A DNA stretch of 64,000 nt, taken from positions 194,858-258,857 of the forward strand of contig CAZCCG010000001.1 of NCBI GenBank assembly GCA_964497535.1, written 5' to 3'. The stretch is from an uncultured Gammaproteobacteria bacterium. Lineage in GTDB: Bacteria > Patescibacteriota > Microgenomatia > Levybacterales > UBA12049. The translations under genes and the position numbers were made by a program. The notes beneath the pieces were generated by a model. The model saw nothing but the letters and a program-made list of their open reading frames with translations. It had not been told where the DNA came from and did not search any database. Numbering within the stretch: the first letter of the stretch is position 1; each line of letters begins with the position of its first letter. Positions 44,232 to 53,972 of this stretch are shown here, one piece after another.

Positions 44232-44789
44232 TCACTTATACTCGTCTTTTACTTTATCATTGAATTCTTTAAGGAGTTTTTGAATTTTTGGGTCGATGAC
44301 TACTCTGCAATAAGGAGCGGATTTATTACTATCATAATAGTTTTGATGGTAGCTTTCAGCTTTATAGAAATTTTGAAACGGTACAATATCTGTCACAATT
44401 GGTTTGTCATATAATTTTTCTTTCTCTATTTTTTCTTTTGATTTTACTGCTTTTTCTTTTTGTTCTTCATTATGGTAAAGAATAAGTGAACGATATTCGG
44501 TTCCAATATCTGCTCCTTGTTGATTGAGAGTGGTGGGGTTATGCAGGTGCCAAAAAATTTCCAGCAAGTCATCATATGAAATAAGCGTAGGATTAAATTC
44601 TACTTGGATTGCTTCCGCATGGCCGGTAGTACCGCTATGAAGAGCTTCATATGAAGGATTTTGGGTAGAGCCACCTGCATAACCTGAAGTGACAGATAAT
44701 ACCCCTTTCAGGCGTTTGAATACTGCTTCTGTGCACCAAAAACATCCACCGGCAAAGGTCGCCATTTCTAATTGTTTTGATTCCTTCAT
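44232..44789 (-). CDS. msrA: peptide-methionine (S)-S-oxide reductase
   Basis: 185 aa. Active site ATFAGGCFWCTEAVF. Confidence 0.9.
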   Translation of the reverse strand: MKESKQLEMATFAGGCFWCTEAVFKRLKGVLSVTSGYAGGSTQNPSYEALHSGTTGHAEAIQVEFNPTLISYDDLLEIFWHLHNPTTLNQQGADIGTEYRSLILYHNEEQKEKAVKSKEKIEKEKLYDKPIVTDIVPFQNFYKAESYHQNYYDSNKSAPYCRVVIDPKIQKLLKEFNDKVKDEYK

Positions 44790-44811
44790 ATTCGTATTAT
44801 AATCGTTCTAT

Positions 44812-44928
44812 ATGAAAAAGGACAATAAGGATCAGGCAAACTATGTGAAATGGATTGCAATCGGATTCACCATTGCTTCAATTGGTACGGCAATTGCAGT
44901 CATTGGATTAGTACTGTATCATCACTAG
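44812..44928 (+). CDS. unannotated 38-aa single-TM peptide (MKKDNKDQANYVKWIAIGFTIASIGTAIAVIGLVLYHH), leaderless
   Basis: TATAAT lies 7 nt upstream of the ATG. Sits between msrA and mutL on the opposite strand. Not in the ORF track. Confidence 0.3.
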   Translation: MKKDNKDQANYVKWIAIGFTIASIGTAIAVIGLVLYHH

Positions 44929-46677
44929 TTAGCGTCGGAACATGGTATTGATTATAGAAAGAGGCATTTGGATTTGGGTAGGGCGTCCATGAGGACAGGT
45001 AGCATTATTTTTTGTTTTTTGTAATTGTTCAACCAGATTTACTGCTTGTTTTTCTGTTACGCTATCACCGGCTTTTATAGCGGCACGGCAGGATAGATAG
45101 GCGAGCATGCGTTGTGATTTACTATCAATAGTTTTTGGCCCGGTATCTATTGCCAAATCATCGAGTATATCTTTTACTATTTTTTCAATATTTCTCCCCT
45201 TATAAATGAAAGGAACAGTTCGGATCATAAAGCTTGATCCTTGAAAATGTTCCAGTTCAAATCCAAGTTGTCTAAAAAGGTCTCCATATTCTTCCAAAAG
45301 TTGCAATTCCAAAACCGAAGCATGAAATTGGACTGGTTTTTCCAACTGATATAGTTCCTTTTTTTTCTTTTCAAAGGTTGTTACAAACTGTTCATACAAA
45401 ATTCGTTCATGGGCAGCATGCTGATCAATCAATAAGAACCCTTGTGCCGTTGGCGCGAAAAGATAGGTACTATGGATCTGGATAACTGGTAATTTTTTTG
45501 ACAATTGTATTGAATCTTGCCTATTCCAGGGTAAAACAGTTTCTTTTAATAGTTGACCGGAAAATGATTGTGTTTCGCTTGTTTTTGCAGAGGTAGTTTG
45601 TTTGAATTGTGCAAGATTAAAAGTAAGGTTGTGTTTGGCCAACGTTTGAAGAGTAGCAGCTTTTACCGCATCAAAGATTTTGGTTTCGTTTATAAATGTC
45701 ACATGCACTTTTTGGGGGTGTACATTCACATCAACCATCTCGTGAGGGAGGGTTATATGAAAATGAAAGAGTGGAGTGCTTGAAGCAGGAAGTAATGTTG
45801 CGAAGGCCTGTTTGATGATCGAAGAGATTGCCTTATCAGTAACAAAACGATTATTTATAAAAAGATATTGTTTTTGGTTCTGTTTGGAAGCAATTTGAGG
45901 TTTTCCTAAAAAACCTGAAATTGTAATATACCCATCTTTATACATAATTGGTATAAGATTTTGAAAGATAGTTTCACCAAATACTAAGCGAATACGATTC
46001 TCAAGAGTTTCTTTTTGGGGAATATCTAAAATGACCTTTTTATTATGAGTCAATACAAAATGGACAGAAGGATACGAAAGCGCATAGCGCATGACAATAT
46101 CGGTGAGAAGACGAAATTCTGTTTTCGAGCTTTTAAGAAATTTTTTTCGGGCCGGGACAGAATGAAATAAATTTTCAACCGTTACAATTGTTCCCGGCGG
46201 AGTCCCGATTGGTGCGATTTTTTCTAGTATTCCGTTTCGTATCTCAATGAGTGTCCCGGCGGGGTTATCTCTCGTACGGCTTTTGATAGAAAGATATGAA
46301 ATAGCAGCAATTGAGGAGAGTGCTTCTCCCCGAAAACCCAATGTTTTAATACCGACAAGTTCATCCTCGCGGGTAATTTTACTGGTTGTATGAGGCAAAA
46401 ATGAAAGCCCCAGATCTTCATGGCTCATCCCTTCCCCATTGTCCACTACGACAATTTTGCGTAGTCCTGATTCCTCAATAGCAATTTGTATGAGAGAGGC
46501 ATTTGCATCAAGTGCATTTTCCACCAGTTCCTTTACTGCATACGCCGGTCGTTCAATGACTTCACCGGCAGCAATTTTGGAGATAATAGATTGTGGTAGT
46601 AGTTTTATTTTAGCCATATCCTTTTTTCTTTCCCCATCAAGGAGAAGTAAAATGGTGAAGAAATAATAGTATATCAA
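44929..46677 (-). CDS. mutL: DNA mismatch repair protein MutL
   Basis: GHKL ATPase motifs (KELVENALDA, GFRGEAL). The likely start is the internal MAKIKLLPQ. Confidence 0.9.
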   Translation of the reverse strand: MIYYYFFTILLLLDGERKKDMAKIKLLPQSIISKIAAGEVIERPAYAVKELVENALDANASLIQIAIEESGLRKIVVVDNGEGMSHEDLGLSFLPHTTSKITREDELVGIKTLGFRGEALSSIAAISYLSIKSRTRDNPAGTLIEIRNGILEKIAPIGTPPGTIVTVENLFHSVPARKKFLKSSKTEFRLLTDIVMRYALSYPSVHFVLTHNKKVILDIPQKETLENRIRLVFGETIFQNLIPIMYKDGYITISGFLGKPQIASKQNQKQYLFINNRFVTDKAISSIIKQAFATLLPASSTPLFHFHITLPHEMVDVNVHPQKVHVTFINETKIFDAVKAATLQTLAKHNLTFNLAQFKQTTSAKTSETQSFSGQLLKETVLPWNRQDSIQLSKKLPVIQIHSTYLFAPTAQGFLLIDQHAAHERILYEQFVTTFEKKKKELYQLEKPVQFHASVLELQLLEEYGDLFRQLGFELEHFQGSSFMIRTVPFIYKGRNIEKIVKDILDDLAIDTGPKTIDSKSQRMLAYLSCRAAIKAGDSVTEKQAVNLVEQLQKTKNNATCPHGRPTQIQMPLSIINTMFRR

Positions 46678-46692
46678 AGCGAAGAATACAAT

Positions 46693-47139
46693 CTATTTAT
46701 AAACAATCTTGACTCCTGTATTTATCATTGCTTTTATTAATTGTTGAAAACTACAATATTGAGAGTTTCCTTGTGAGGGATCGTGATAGTAAATCATTCC
46801 ATTTTCGAATCTATACAGTAAAACCGAATGGAGACCTTTTTTTCCTGGATATACATGATGCAGCCTAATTGATGTTTGGATCAAGTTTCCTTGTTCAAGG
46901 AATTGTTTGATTTCGTCTTCCATCAAGTTTTTATAAATAGCAGTATCTAATCCGTATTCTTTCGCAAGTTCTGCAATTGATGTATTCAATATATTTTTAA
47001 ACTTTTTACCATATTCCTTTTCAACTTTTTGAGTCAACTCTTCTTCTGTGACATCATTATTGTTTGATGCTAAAACCATACGAAGAACTGCAAGCGAGCA
47101 GGTATAAGCCTGTTCTTGCTTGAAATAGGGAGGAATCAT
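46693..47139 (-). CDS. standalone papain-like C39-type peptidase domain protein
   Basis: 148 aa. QEQAYTCSLAVLRMVL is a catalytic Cys motif (Q...C...A...M.L). There is a His downstream. Confidence 0.55.
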   Translation of the reverse strand: MIPPYFKQEQAYTCSLAVLRMVLASNNNDVTEEELTQKVEKEYGKKFKNILNTSIAELAKEYGLDTAIYKNLMEDEIKQFLEQGNLIQTSIRLHHVYPGKKGLHSVLLYRFENGMIYYHDPSQGNSQYCSFQQLIKAMINTGVKIVYK

Positions 47140-47158
47140 GAGAGAATTATAGCAGGAC

Positions 47159-47503
47159 TTATTGCACTGGTTCCCAGCTGTGTCCTAATTCGCAGAGTTT
47201 GAGCCAAACCTTAACATCACCAATATTAGGTAATTTTTTCATTATAAAACGCATAACATTGAGGCAGATTTCGTCTTGTCTTTTTATTCGTTCTGAAAAC
47301 GCGTGGGCAGTAATTTCCAGCTCTACATCTCCAATCATTTCACCTCCTGATATATGGAGAAACCTTATACTGATTTCTTGCTGTGTAAGTTTGATATCAC
47401 CACAACTCAATTCATCAACAAGATATTCTTTTAAATCTTTAATAAGTTTATTTAACTCTTTTTCTTGATTAGCTTTTGCGTAATAAATATTAACTGTCGG
47501 CAT
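47159..47503 (-). CDS. tautomerase-superfamily-like protein (N-terminal Pro after Met; CHMI/MIF-like)
   Basis: 114 aa, MPTVNIYY. Leaderless: TATAAT lies 8 nt before the ATG. Copy 5 of the 36-bp element lies about 50 nt upstream. Confidence 0.35.
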   Translation of the reverse strand: MPTVNIYYAKANQEKELNKLIKDLKEYLVDELSCGDIKLTQQEISIRFLHISGGEMIGDVELEITAHAFSERIKRQDEICLNVMRFIMKKLPNIGDVKVWLKLCELGHSWEPVQ

Positions 47504-47541
47504 AACTACATTATATCAAAAATGATTGTACACATCAGGTT

Positions 47542-47577
47542 GCACACATCCGGTGTGTGCTAGGTAGACACATCGGG
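47542..47577 (+). repeat. 36-bp palindromic element, copy 5
   Basis: GCACACATCCGGTGTGTGCTAGGTAGACACATCGGG. About 35 kb from the other four copies, on the same strand. Confidence 0.75.
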
Positions 47578-47579
47578 AT

Positions 47580-48161
47580 TTATCCTTTTGTTGTTTTCCT
47601 AGAGAGCTTTGGTCTGATAATTAAAAGGACCATACAAAGATTAATAATCATAATATAAATTGGGTAGGATGATTGTTGAATATTCCAACTGGTGAGTGCA
47701 AGAAGACTAAATATGGCAGCACAGACATCGAGTAGATAAAAACTCCATACTTCGGTATCCGGAAAATGAAACGTTTTAAGTAGTGCCGGAATCATGCCGG
47801 TAAAATCTGCAGCTATGGCGCAGTAGAGCGCAATGATAGGGTTATTGGTTGTTTTCCATAAAATTATGCCCACTAGAGCAATACCCAGGCAGACCAGGTC
47901 CATTTTTGCCCATCCTCCCATTCCGAATTTAATACTTAAAGTAAATACGATGATTGATTGAAGTGTGGAAACTGCTGCAAGCCAAATAGCTACCGTATCA
48001 TGGGCTGCAAACAGAGACGCTGTCGTAAGACTGGTAATAAGTAATAAAACAAAACGGGTAGTACGGTGAGGTTTTGCATTTCCTTTTAAAATTGCTTGTG
48101 CATATACGAAGGGAGAAATCAAAGCAAGAATGCTGCTAACGATAATAAAGCTTTGTTGCAT
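47580..48161 (-). CDS. polytopic membrane protein (6 TM)
   Basis: 193 aa and hydrophobic. Confidence 0.45.
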   Translation of the reverse strand: MQQSFIIVSSILALISPFVYAQAILKGNAKPHRTTRFVLLLITSLTTASLFAAHDTVAIWLAAVSTLQSIIVFTLSIKFGMGGWAKMDLVCLGIALVGIILWKTTNNPIIALYCAIAADFTGMIPALLKTFHFPDTEVWSFYLLDVCAAIFSLLALTSWNIQQSSYPIYIMIINLCMVLLIIRPKLSRKTTKG

Positions 48162-48181
48162 GTAGAGAGATTATAGCAGGG

Positions 48182-48319
48182 TTACATTTTTTTGTGCTTG
48201 AAGAATTCTACCTGGCGAAGTCGTTTTTTTGCTTCTTCTTCTGTTTTATAAGGTCCACCAAGGTTGCGTTTGGTTTTTTCAGAGAGGACATAATAGCCGT
48301 CTTTTTTCTTTACTATCAT
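48182..48319 (-). CDS. unannotated 45-aa ORF (MIVKKKDGYYVLSEKTKRNLGGPYKTEEEAKKRLRQVEFFKHKKM), translationally coupled to the acyltransferase gene
   Basis: ATGA stop/start overlap with the upstream gene 48316..49383. Not in the ORF track. Confidence 0.45.
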   Translation of the reverse strand: MIVKKKDGYYVLSEKTKRNLGGPYKTEEEAKKRLRQVEFFKHKKM

Positions 48320-49383
48320 ACTTTTTTATTATATCTGACAAGTCTTTTTTTCCGCAAGCGGTCTACCGGACGTTCGACAACAAAAATGAGTAGACATGAT
48401 GCAGCTAGTACGATAATAATAAGAAAAAGTATAGACCATGAATTTTTGTTAAGAAAGGGAATATTATTGAACAATTTTATAAAGAAGATATGAGAAATAT
48501 AAATCGGGTAAGATAGTTCTCCAATGAAAAGATCAACGACATGATTTTTACTCAACAGAAAAATAAATGGTAGTAATCCGACAAGTCCGAGATAATAAGG
48601 AATATCATATGCGTTAAAAAATGAAGAAGTAATCTTGAATGGAATAAAATTATATGCCAGCAGATACAGTATGAGCGAAGTAAATAGTGTTATCAATAAA
48701 GCTCGTGGTAATTTCAAGTTTTTGAGTTTTTTGTAGAGGCGATAACTTATCATTCCCAATAAGAAATAAAGGAAATAGTAAAAAAAGATATAGGTGAGAG
48801 AAAGAGTATTGAATATATGATTGGGTATAATAAATCCATACACAATAATGATTTCTCCTACTATAAATAGCCAAAATAACCGGGAGGGCAAACGCATGAT
48901 AAATGGAACAATGAGATAAAAAATAAGTTCCAGTTGCAATGTCCATGCTTGTTGTATCAACAGATATCCGGGGCTATAAGATCCGGGATTTATATAATCT
49001 GTTGTAAAAATCAATGTGATATTACGCAAAATAAAATTAAGCAGATCAACTATAAATAATAGTGGAGATGTATTGGGATAATAATGAAGGTAATGAATAA
49101 TGGCATTATCGGGAGTTCCCGCATGGAAAAAATACTTTACCAGAGAAAACAATAATAATAATACAAGCATTGTCCAATACAAGGGAAAGATTCGTAAAAA
49201 TCTGTTACTTATAAAAAGCCAATATGATTTATATTTCCCCTCCAAAACCAAAGACATGTAAAACCCTGAGATAATAAAAAATGAACAAACGGCAAGTTGT
49301 TGATTCAGAAGATTAAATCCAAAGATACCATTGGTATGAGCGGTAACAATACTAAAAGCAAAAAGCACACGTAGAAGACCCAT
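48316..49383 (-). CDS. acyltransferase family 3 (OafA-like) membrane O-acyltransferase
   Basis: 355 aa, 10 TM. N-terminal VLFAFSIVTAHT...FFIISGFYMS. Confidence 0.8.
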   Translation of the reverse strand: MGLLRVLFAFSIVTAHTNGIFGFNLLNQQLAVCSFFIISGFYMSLVLEGKYKSYWLFISNRFLRIFPLYWTMLVLLLLFSLVKYFFHAGTPDNAIIHYLHYYPNTSPLLFIVDLLNFILRNITLIFTTDYINPGSYSPGYLLIQQAWTLQLELIFYLIVPFIMRLPSRLFWLFIVGEIIIVYGFIIPNHIFNTLSLTYIFFYYFLYFLLGMISYRLYKKLKNLKLPRALLITLFTSLILYLLAYNFIPFKITSSFFNAYDIPYYLGLVGLLPFIFLLSKNHVVDLFIGELSYPIYISHIFFIKLFNNIPFLNKNSWSILFLIIIVLAASCLLIFVVERPVDRLRKKRLVRYNKKV

Positions 49384-49406
49384 CGGTTATCAGTATACTA
49401 CAACAA

Positions 49407-52064
49407 TTAATCAATCGTTATTTTTTGAGTTTCTACACTATAGAGTTTGAGTTTGTCCTTGAGCTTGGCAAGTGTATTAAGTGCTTCAAGCGGTGTCATA
49501 TTGCCAATATCCAGAGCCTGAATTTCTTTCAAAAGAATATGATCCATGATTGTTGTATCTGGTATTTCGTATGTCGTATTTTGTTCCTTTTGTCTCTCTT
49601 CAGAATATATTTTTTCTTCTTTAACATCCCGTAATTCAAGTGTTTGAAGCATCTCATATGCTTTTTCAATAACCGATTCTGGTATCCCTGCAAGTTTTGC
49701 CACTGCTACACCAAAACTATGGGAGGCACCCCCGGGTAGTAATGTATGCAAAAATACAGGTTCTCCGCTATCTTCTATAACTGCCATATGGAAATTTTTA
49801 ATATAGTGGGGATATTGTTCTTCTAATGTTTGTAGTTCATGATAGTGTGTTGCAAAAAGAGTTTTAGGAGAAGGATGTATTGTGGTTACTAAATACTCTG
49901 CAACTGCCCAAGCAATTGAAATGCCATCATAGGTGCTGGTTCCCCTGCCAATTTCATCCATGACAATAAGAGAATTTTTTGTGGCGTTATGGAGAATATG
50001 TGCAGTTTCAACCATCTCAACCATAAATGTTGAAAGACCTGATGTTATTACATCCGAAGCGCCTGAGCGTACAAATATCTGATCGCAAATACTAATCTGA
50101 GCACTTTGAGCCGGCACAAAACATCCCATTTGCGCCATCAGGATTATTATTGCTACTTGTCTAATAAATACCGATTTTCCTGCCATGTTAGGACCTGTTA
50201 TTACAAGAAGCTGTTGATTGGAATTGTCCAACCATACATCATTGGGTACAAAGGGAGTCTCATCCAGGAGTTTTTCCACAACAGGATGTCTACCTTGCAT
50301 GATTCGTATTTCTCCTAAAGTTTGGATGGTAGGGCGGGTATACTGTTGTTTTTGGGAAAGAAAGGCAAAGTTTGAGATACAATCCAAAACAGCAATACTT
50401 TCGGCTGCATCCTGAATTTTGGCGGTATATGTTAAGACATAGTTGAGTACATCACAAAACAGTGTATATTCAAGCTCATTTATTTTTTCTTCAGCAGTCA
50501 AGATAATTTCTTCATGGGCTTTGAGTTCTTTTGTCACAAACCGTTCACCGTTTACCAAGGTCTGTTTTCGTTGATAAAAATCCGGTACTAAATGGAGATT
50601 TGTATTGGAAATTTCAATGTAGAATCCAAAGACTTTATTATATCTAACTTTCAAAGATCCAATACCAGTTTTTTCTTTTTCTGATTTTTCCAGCTCTATA
50701 ATCCACGATTTATTTTTTCCAATAATAGATCGTAATTTATCCAGTGTTTTAGAAACACCAGGTTGTATCATACGTCCTTCCCGAGTAACAATCGGGGGTT
50801 CATCAACAATCATAGTATCGATGTAGGAGACAACTTTTTTTAAATCTGTAGCTATATTTTTAGACTGTCTTTTCAAAAGTGCAGAATCAGCATCCTGAAG
50901 TAGCAGTTTTGTTTGGAGGATAGTTTGGAGTGCATTTTTTAGATTTACCAGATCCCGGGCATTGCCTAGATTAAGGGATAATCGTGATAAAATCCGTTCA
51001 ATATCAGGAATTTGTTTGAGCTGGTCTCGTAGTATGTGGGTAGTTGAAGATTTATCCAGGAAATACGCAAGTGCATCAAGCCGTTTTTCAATTGTTTCTT
51101 TTTCTATCAACGGTTTTTTTATCCATTGTTTTAATAATCGTCCTCCCATAGGTGTTATTGTTTGGTCGAGGATCGATAAGAGAGACCCTCGTGTGTCATG
51201 ATCTCTGATCGTTGAAAAAAGCTCTAAGTTGATTATTGTAGAACGGTCCAGTACCAGTCCATCTTCTGATTTTAGTGAAGATATTTTTTTAATGTGTGAA
51301 ACAGTTCCTTTTTGTGTTTCCTTCAGATATCCCAACAGTGCCGCTGCAGATTGCTGCGCTAATAGTTGCGTGATAATATCAAAGCTTTCCAGTGTGGTGA
51401 GATGAAAGTGTTTTTTTAGAACTTTGGTGGCATCCGACGTATAGATATTCCAATCTGAAAAAGGAAAAATATTCATATTTTTTTCTACAGCCAATAACTT
51501 TAAAAATCGGGTATCATTGTAGAGATCTTGGGGTAGAATACATTCTGATGGGTGAAGTTTGGATAATTCTTCCTGCAATACGGTTTGTAGGTCGGTGTAG
51601 GCCATTTGAGTAGCTGCAAAATATCCTGTCGATAAATCAGCTGCAGCAATTGCCAGTATGCCATTCTCAATACAGACACTAATAATGTAATTATTTTCTT
51701 TTTTGCTCAAAACATTTTCATCCAGTAGTGTTCCCGGGGTAACAATTCGTACCACATCCCGTTCTACAAGACCCTTTTTATTTGGGGGAGAAAGTTGTTC
51801 ACAGATTGCTACTTTATATCCTGCTTTTACCAGTTTGGTCAGATAGGTATCTGCCGCATGATAGGGGACACCAGCCATAGGGATTTTCCCATCTTTTCCT
51901 CCTGATTTACTGGTAAGAGTAATATTGAGAACTTGTGCACCGATATGAGCATCTTCCATAAAAAGTTCATAGAAGTCTCCCATACGATAAAAAAGTAAAC
52001 AATCGGGATATTGTTTTTTTATCTCTCGATACTGCTTCATCATGGGGGTTGAGAAATCATTCAT
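49407..52064 (-). CDS. mutS: DNA mismatch repair protein MutS
   Basis: 885 aa. MMKQYREIK..., Walker A GPNMAGKS. Confidence 0.9.
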   Translation of the reverse strand: MNDFSTPMMKQYREIKKQYPDCLLFYRMGDFYELFMEDAHIGAQVLNITLTSKSGGKDGKIPMAGVPYHAADTYLTKLVKAGYKVAICEQLSPPNKKGLVERDVVRIVTPGTLLDENVLSKKENNYIISVCIENGILAIAAADLSTGYFAATQMAYTDLQTVLQEELSKLHPSECILPQDLYNDTRFLKLLAVEKNMNIFPFSDWNIYTSDATKVLKKHFHLTTLESFDIITQLLAQQSAAALLGYLKETQKGTVSHIKKISSLKSEDGLVLDRSTIINLELFSTIRDHDTRGSLLSILDQTITPMGGRLLKQWIKKPLIEKETIEKRLDALAYFLDKSSTTHILRDQLKQIPDIERILSRLSLNLGNARDLVNLKNALQTILQTKLLLQDADSALLKRQSKNIATDLKKVVSYIDTMIVDEPPIVTREGRMIQPGVSKTLDKLRSIIGKNKSWIIELEKSEKEKTGIGSLKVRYNKVFGFYIEISNTNLHLVPDFYQRKQTLVNGERFVTKELKAHEEIILTAEEKINELEYTLFCDVLNYVLTYTAKIQDAAESIAVLDCISNFAFLSQKQQYTRPTIQTLGEIRIMQGRHPVVEKLLDETPFVPNDVWLDNSNQQLLVITGPNMAGKSVFIRQVAIIILMAQMGCFVPAQSAQISICDQIFVRSGASDVITSGLSTFMVEMVETAHILHNATKNSLIVMDEIGRGTSTYDGISIAWAVAEYLVTTIHPSPKTLFATHYHELQTLEEQYPHYIKNFHMAVIEDSGEPVFLHTLLPGGASHSFGVAVAKLAGIPESVIEKAYEMLQTLELRDVKEEKIYSEERQKEQNTTYEIPDTTIMDHILLKEIQALDIGNMTPLEALNTLAKLKDKLKLYSVETQKITID

Positions 52065-52084
52065 AGGGTAAAGGTAAAGATAGG

Positions 52085-52405
52085 TTACACAACAAGGAAG
52101 GATTGTAATTCTTCTTGAATAATTGCTTCTATATTGGGACTTTTCTCTTGCATGAATTTTTCTACCTTTTCTTCTGCCTGAATATCTTTATTTAATTCTC
52201 CAATCGTTTCGACATCTTTATCGGTAAGAATACCTGCCAGTCTGTAGTTGATTCTAAACTCTATCGTTTCTATTACTTTCTCAAGCAACAATCTTTTTTC
52301 ATCTTCGGTTATATTAAAAGAATTTATATTTTTACTTATTTTTTTATAATTTTCCCCGCTGAGAATAGCAGTTGTTATTTCTTGGATAGTTGGTTGTTGA
52401 TTCAT
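52085..52405 (-). CDS. hypothetical protein
   Basis: 106 aa, acidic. Confidence 0.45.
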   Translation of the reverse strand: MNQQPTIQEITTAILSGENYKKISKNINSFNITEDEKRLLLEKVIETIEFRINYRLAGILTDKDVETIGELNKDIQAEEKVEKFMQEKSPNIEAIIQEELQSFLVV

Positions 52406-52408
52406 ATT

Positions 52409-53230
52409 TTATTCCTCTACTATCATAGCACCATCAATATTTGCCAGAATAATCTTATCCAGGATATCCTTTGTAGGTAGTAATTTAATTGAAGTATCAG
52501 TATTGAGAAATCCTTCCTCGGTTGTTTGTAGTTGAGGATTAGTTTTTTTGAGTTCTTGCACATATTTGTCTTTATATCTATTCCATAAATCTGCATGAGT
52601 AGTTTTATAGTCTGTTAGGGCTTTGGTGATATCGGTATTATCCAAAAAGTTTGAGAAATTTAAATTTGAGTATTGAGGCATCAAATATTTTGCGAGTTGA
52701 AAATCAACAACCTGTTCTAAGGCAGTTCCAGGGTTCAGAGCCAGAGTTTCATAGCTCGGTACATCACCCGATTCTTGTGTGTTCACTTTTTCCGCAGACG
52801 GTCTTTCAATGCCATCATCTTCCCGTAATTTACCATGAGATTCTTCAATAGCATTCTCAACATGTTGGGTATGAGGAGAATGTTGCTTCTGCTCATCATG
52901 GGGTGGTTCTTGATGGGAGGTGTCTGGTTTCATGGGAGTGGAATGATGAGCTGTATCTACGGTTGCCGTAATAGGATGAGTATTTTGCATATACGCCTCA
53001 ACATCTGCCGAAGATGCATGCATTTGACCGGTAAGTGTTCCAAAAAGCTGCGCTCCGGCGATGATGGATGTAGCAACCCTTTTTCGCAATGGATTATTCC
53101 ACGAAGAAACTTTGCGTAATGATTCAGCCTTTTTAACCTGGGGTTTATTCAACGATTCGAGAATCTTGTTTTGTTCCTGGTTTTCAACTGCTTTTGTTCC
53201 TTCTACAGCTGGTGTTTGGACTGTTGGCAT
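52409..53230 (-). CDS. hypothetical His/Gln-rich protein
   Basis: 273 aa. One hydrophobic segment near the N-terminus. Confidence 0.45.
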   Translation of the reverse strand: MPTVQTPAVEGTKAVENQEQNKILESLNKPQVKKAESLRKVSSWNNPLRKRVATSIIAGAQLFGTLTGQMHASSADVEAYMQNTHPITATVDTAHHSTPMKPDTSHQEPPHDEQKQHSPHTQHVENAIEESHGKLREDDGIERPSAEKVNTQESGDVPSYETLALNPGTALEQVVDFQLAKYLMPQYSNLNFSNFLDNTDITKALTDYKTTHADLWNRYKDKYVQELKKTNPQLQTTEEGFLNTDTSIKLLPTKDILDKIILANIDGAMIVEE

Positions 53231-53259
53231 ATAGTAAAATACTAATATATACTACTTAA

Positions 53260-53796
53260 TTACGCAATAGAACGATTTGAGGTTGCTTTTTTTAACTCGT
53301 TTCGTATTGCTTCTAATTGTTCCTTTGAGTAAAACTCTTTCTTTTGTTGCGTATCTCTGAGATTAGTAAATTCAAACTCGTCATAGAGCAAACCATCTAC
53401 TACTTGCGATATAGGGAGAATATCGGGTGCTTTTTCTGAAAATACCGTCACCTCATTTTCATTCGCTGTTTGTACCGAAATTGTTACTAGTTCTCTCCAT
53501 GCTCCAATAAATTCCCACTCCTTGATAAGATGAAATTCCTTATCGGTTAAATCCCAAACAGTTCCTCCTACAATCCCTTTTCCTTTTTTAAGGGTATAAC
53601 TTTTAAAATTATTTCCCCAAGATTTTTGAAGAACCTCCCGAGGGCCTTTCGGTATTTGAGAAAGAGTTTGTATACAGAGTTGATATCCTTTTACAATTGC
53701 ACCCAATCCATTTCCCGGATCCCTTCCTATAATTTGTTTGATCTTTTCATGATTGCGGTTGGCACCGTATCCGAAAAAACTTATGCTATCCATCAA
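53260..53796 (-). CDS. AIG2/GGCT-fold-like protein
   Basis: 178 aa. The N-terminal SISFFGYGANRN loosely resembles the gamma-glutamylcyclotransferase motif. Confidence 0.3.
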   Translation of the reverse strand: MMDSISFFGYGANRNHEKIKQIIGRDPGNGLGAIVKGYQLCIQTLSQIPKGPREVLQKSWGNNFKSYTLKKGKGIVGGTVWDLTDKEFHLIKEWEFIGAWRELVTISVQTANENEVTVFSEKAPDILPISQVVDGLLYDEFEFTNLRDTQQKKEFYSKEQLEAIRNELKKATSNRSIA

Positions 53797-53972
53797 TCAT
53801 ATAATAAAGGAGTAAAAATCATATGTAAATAGTGAAGTTACTGTCTTTTTCGATAGTTTCCTATTCATAATAATGAGACAAACAATAATTCTATCAGAAT
53901 TCTTACCGAATTTTACCTCGTCCTTAATGTTGTTGCCTTAGTATATTACCTACTAGATGAGGAGGTGAGAAT

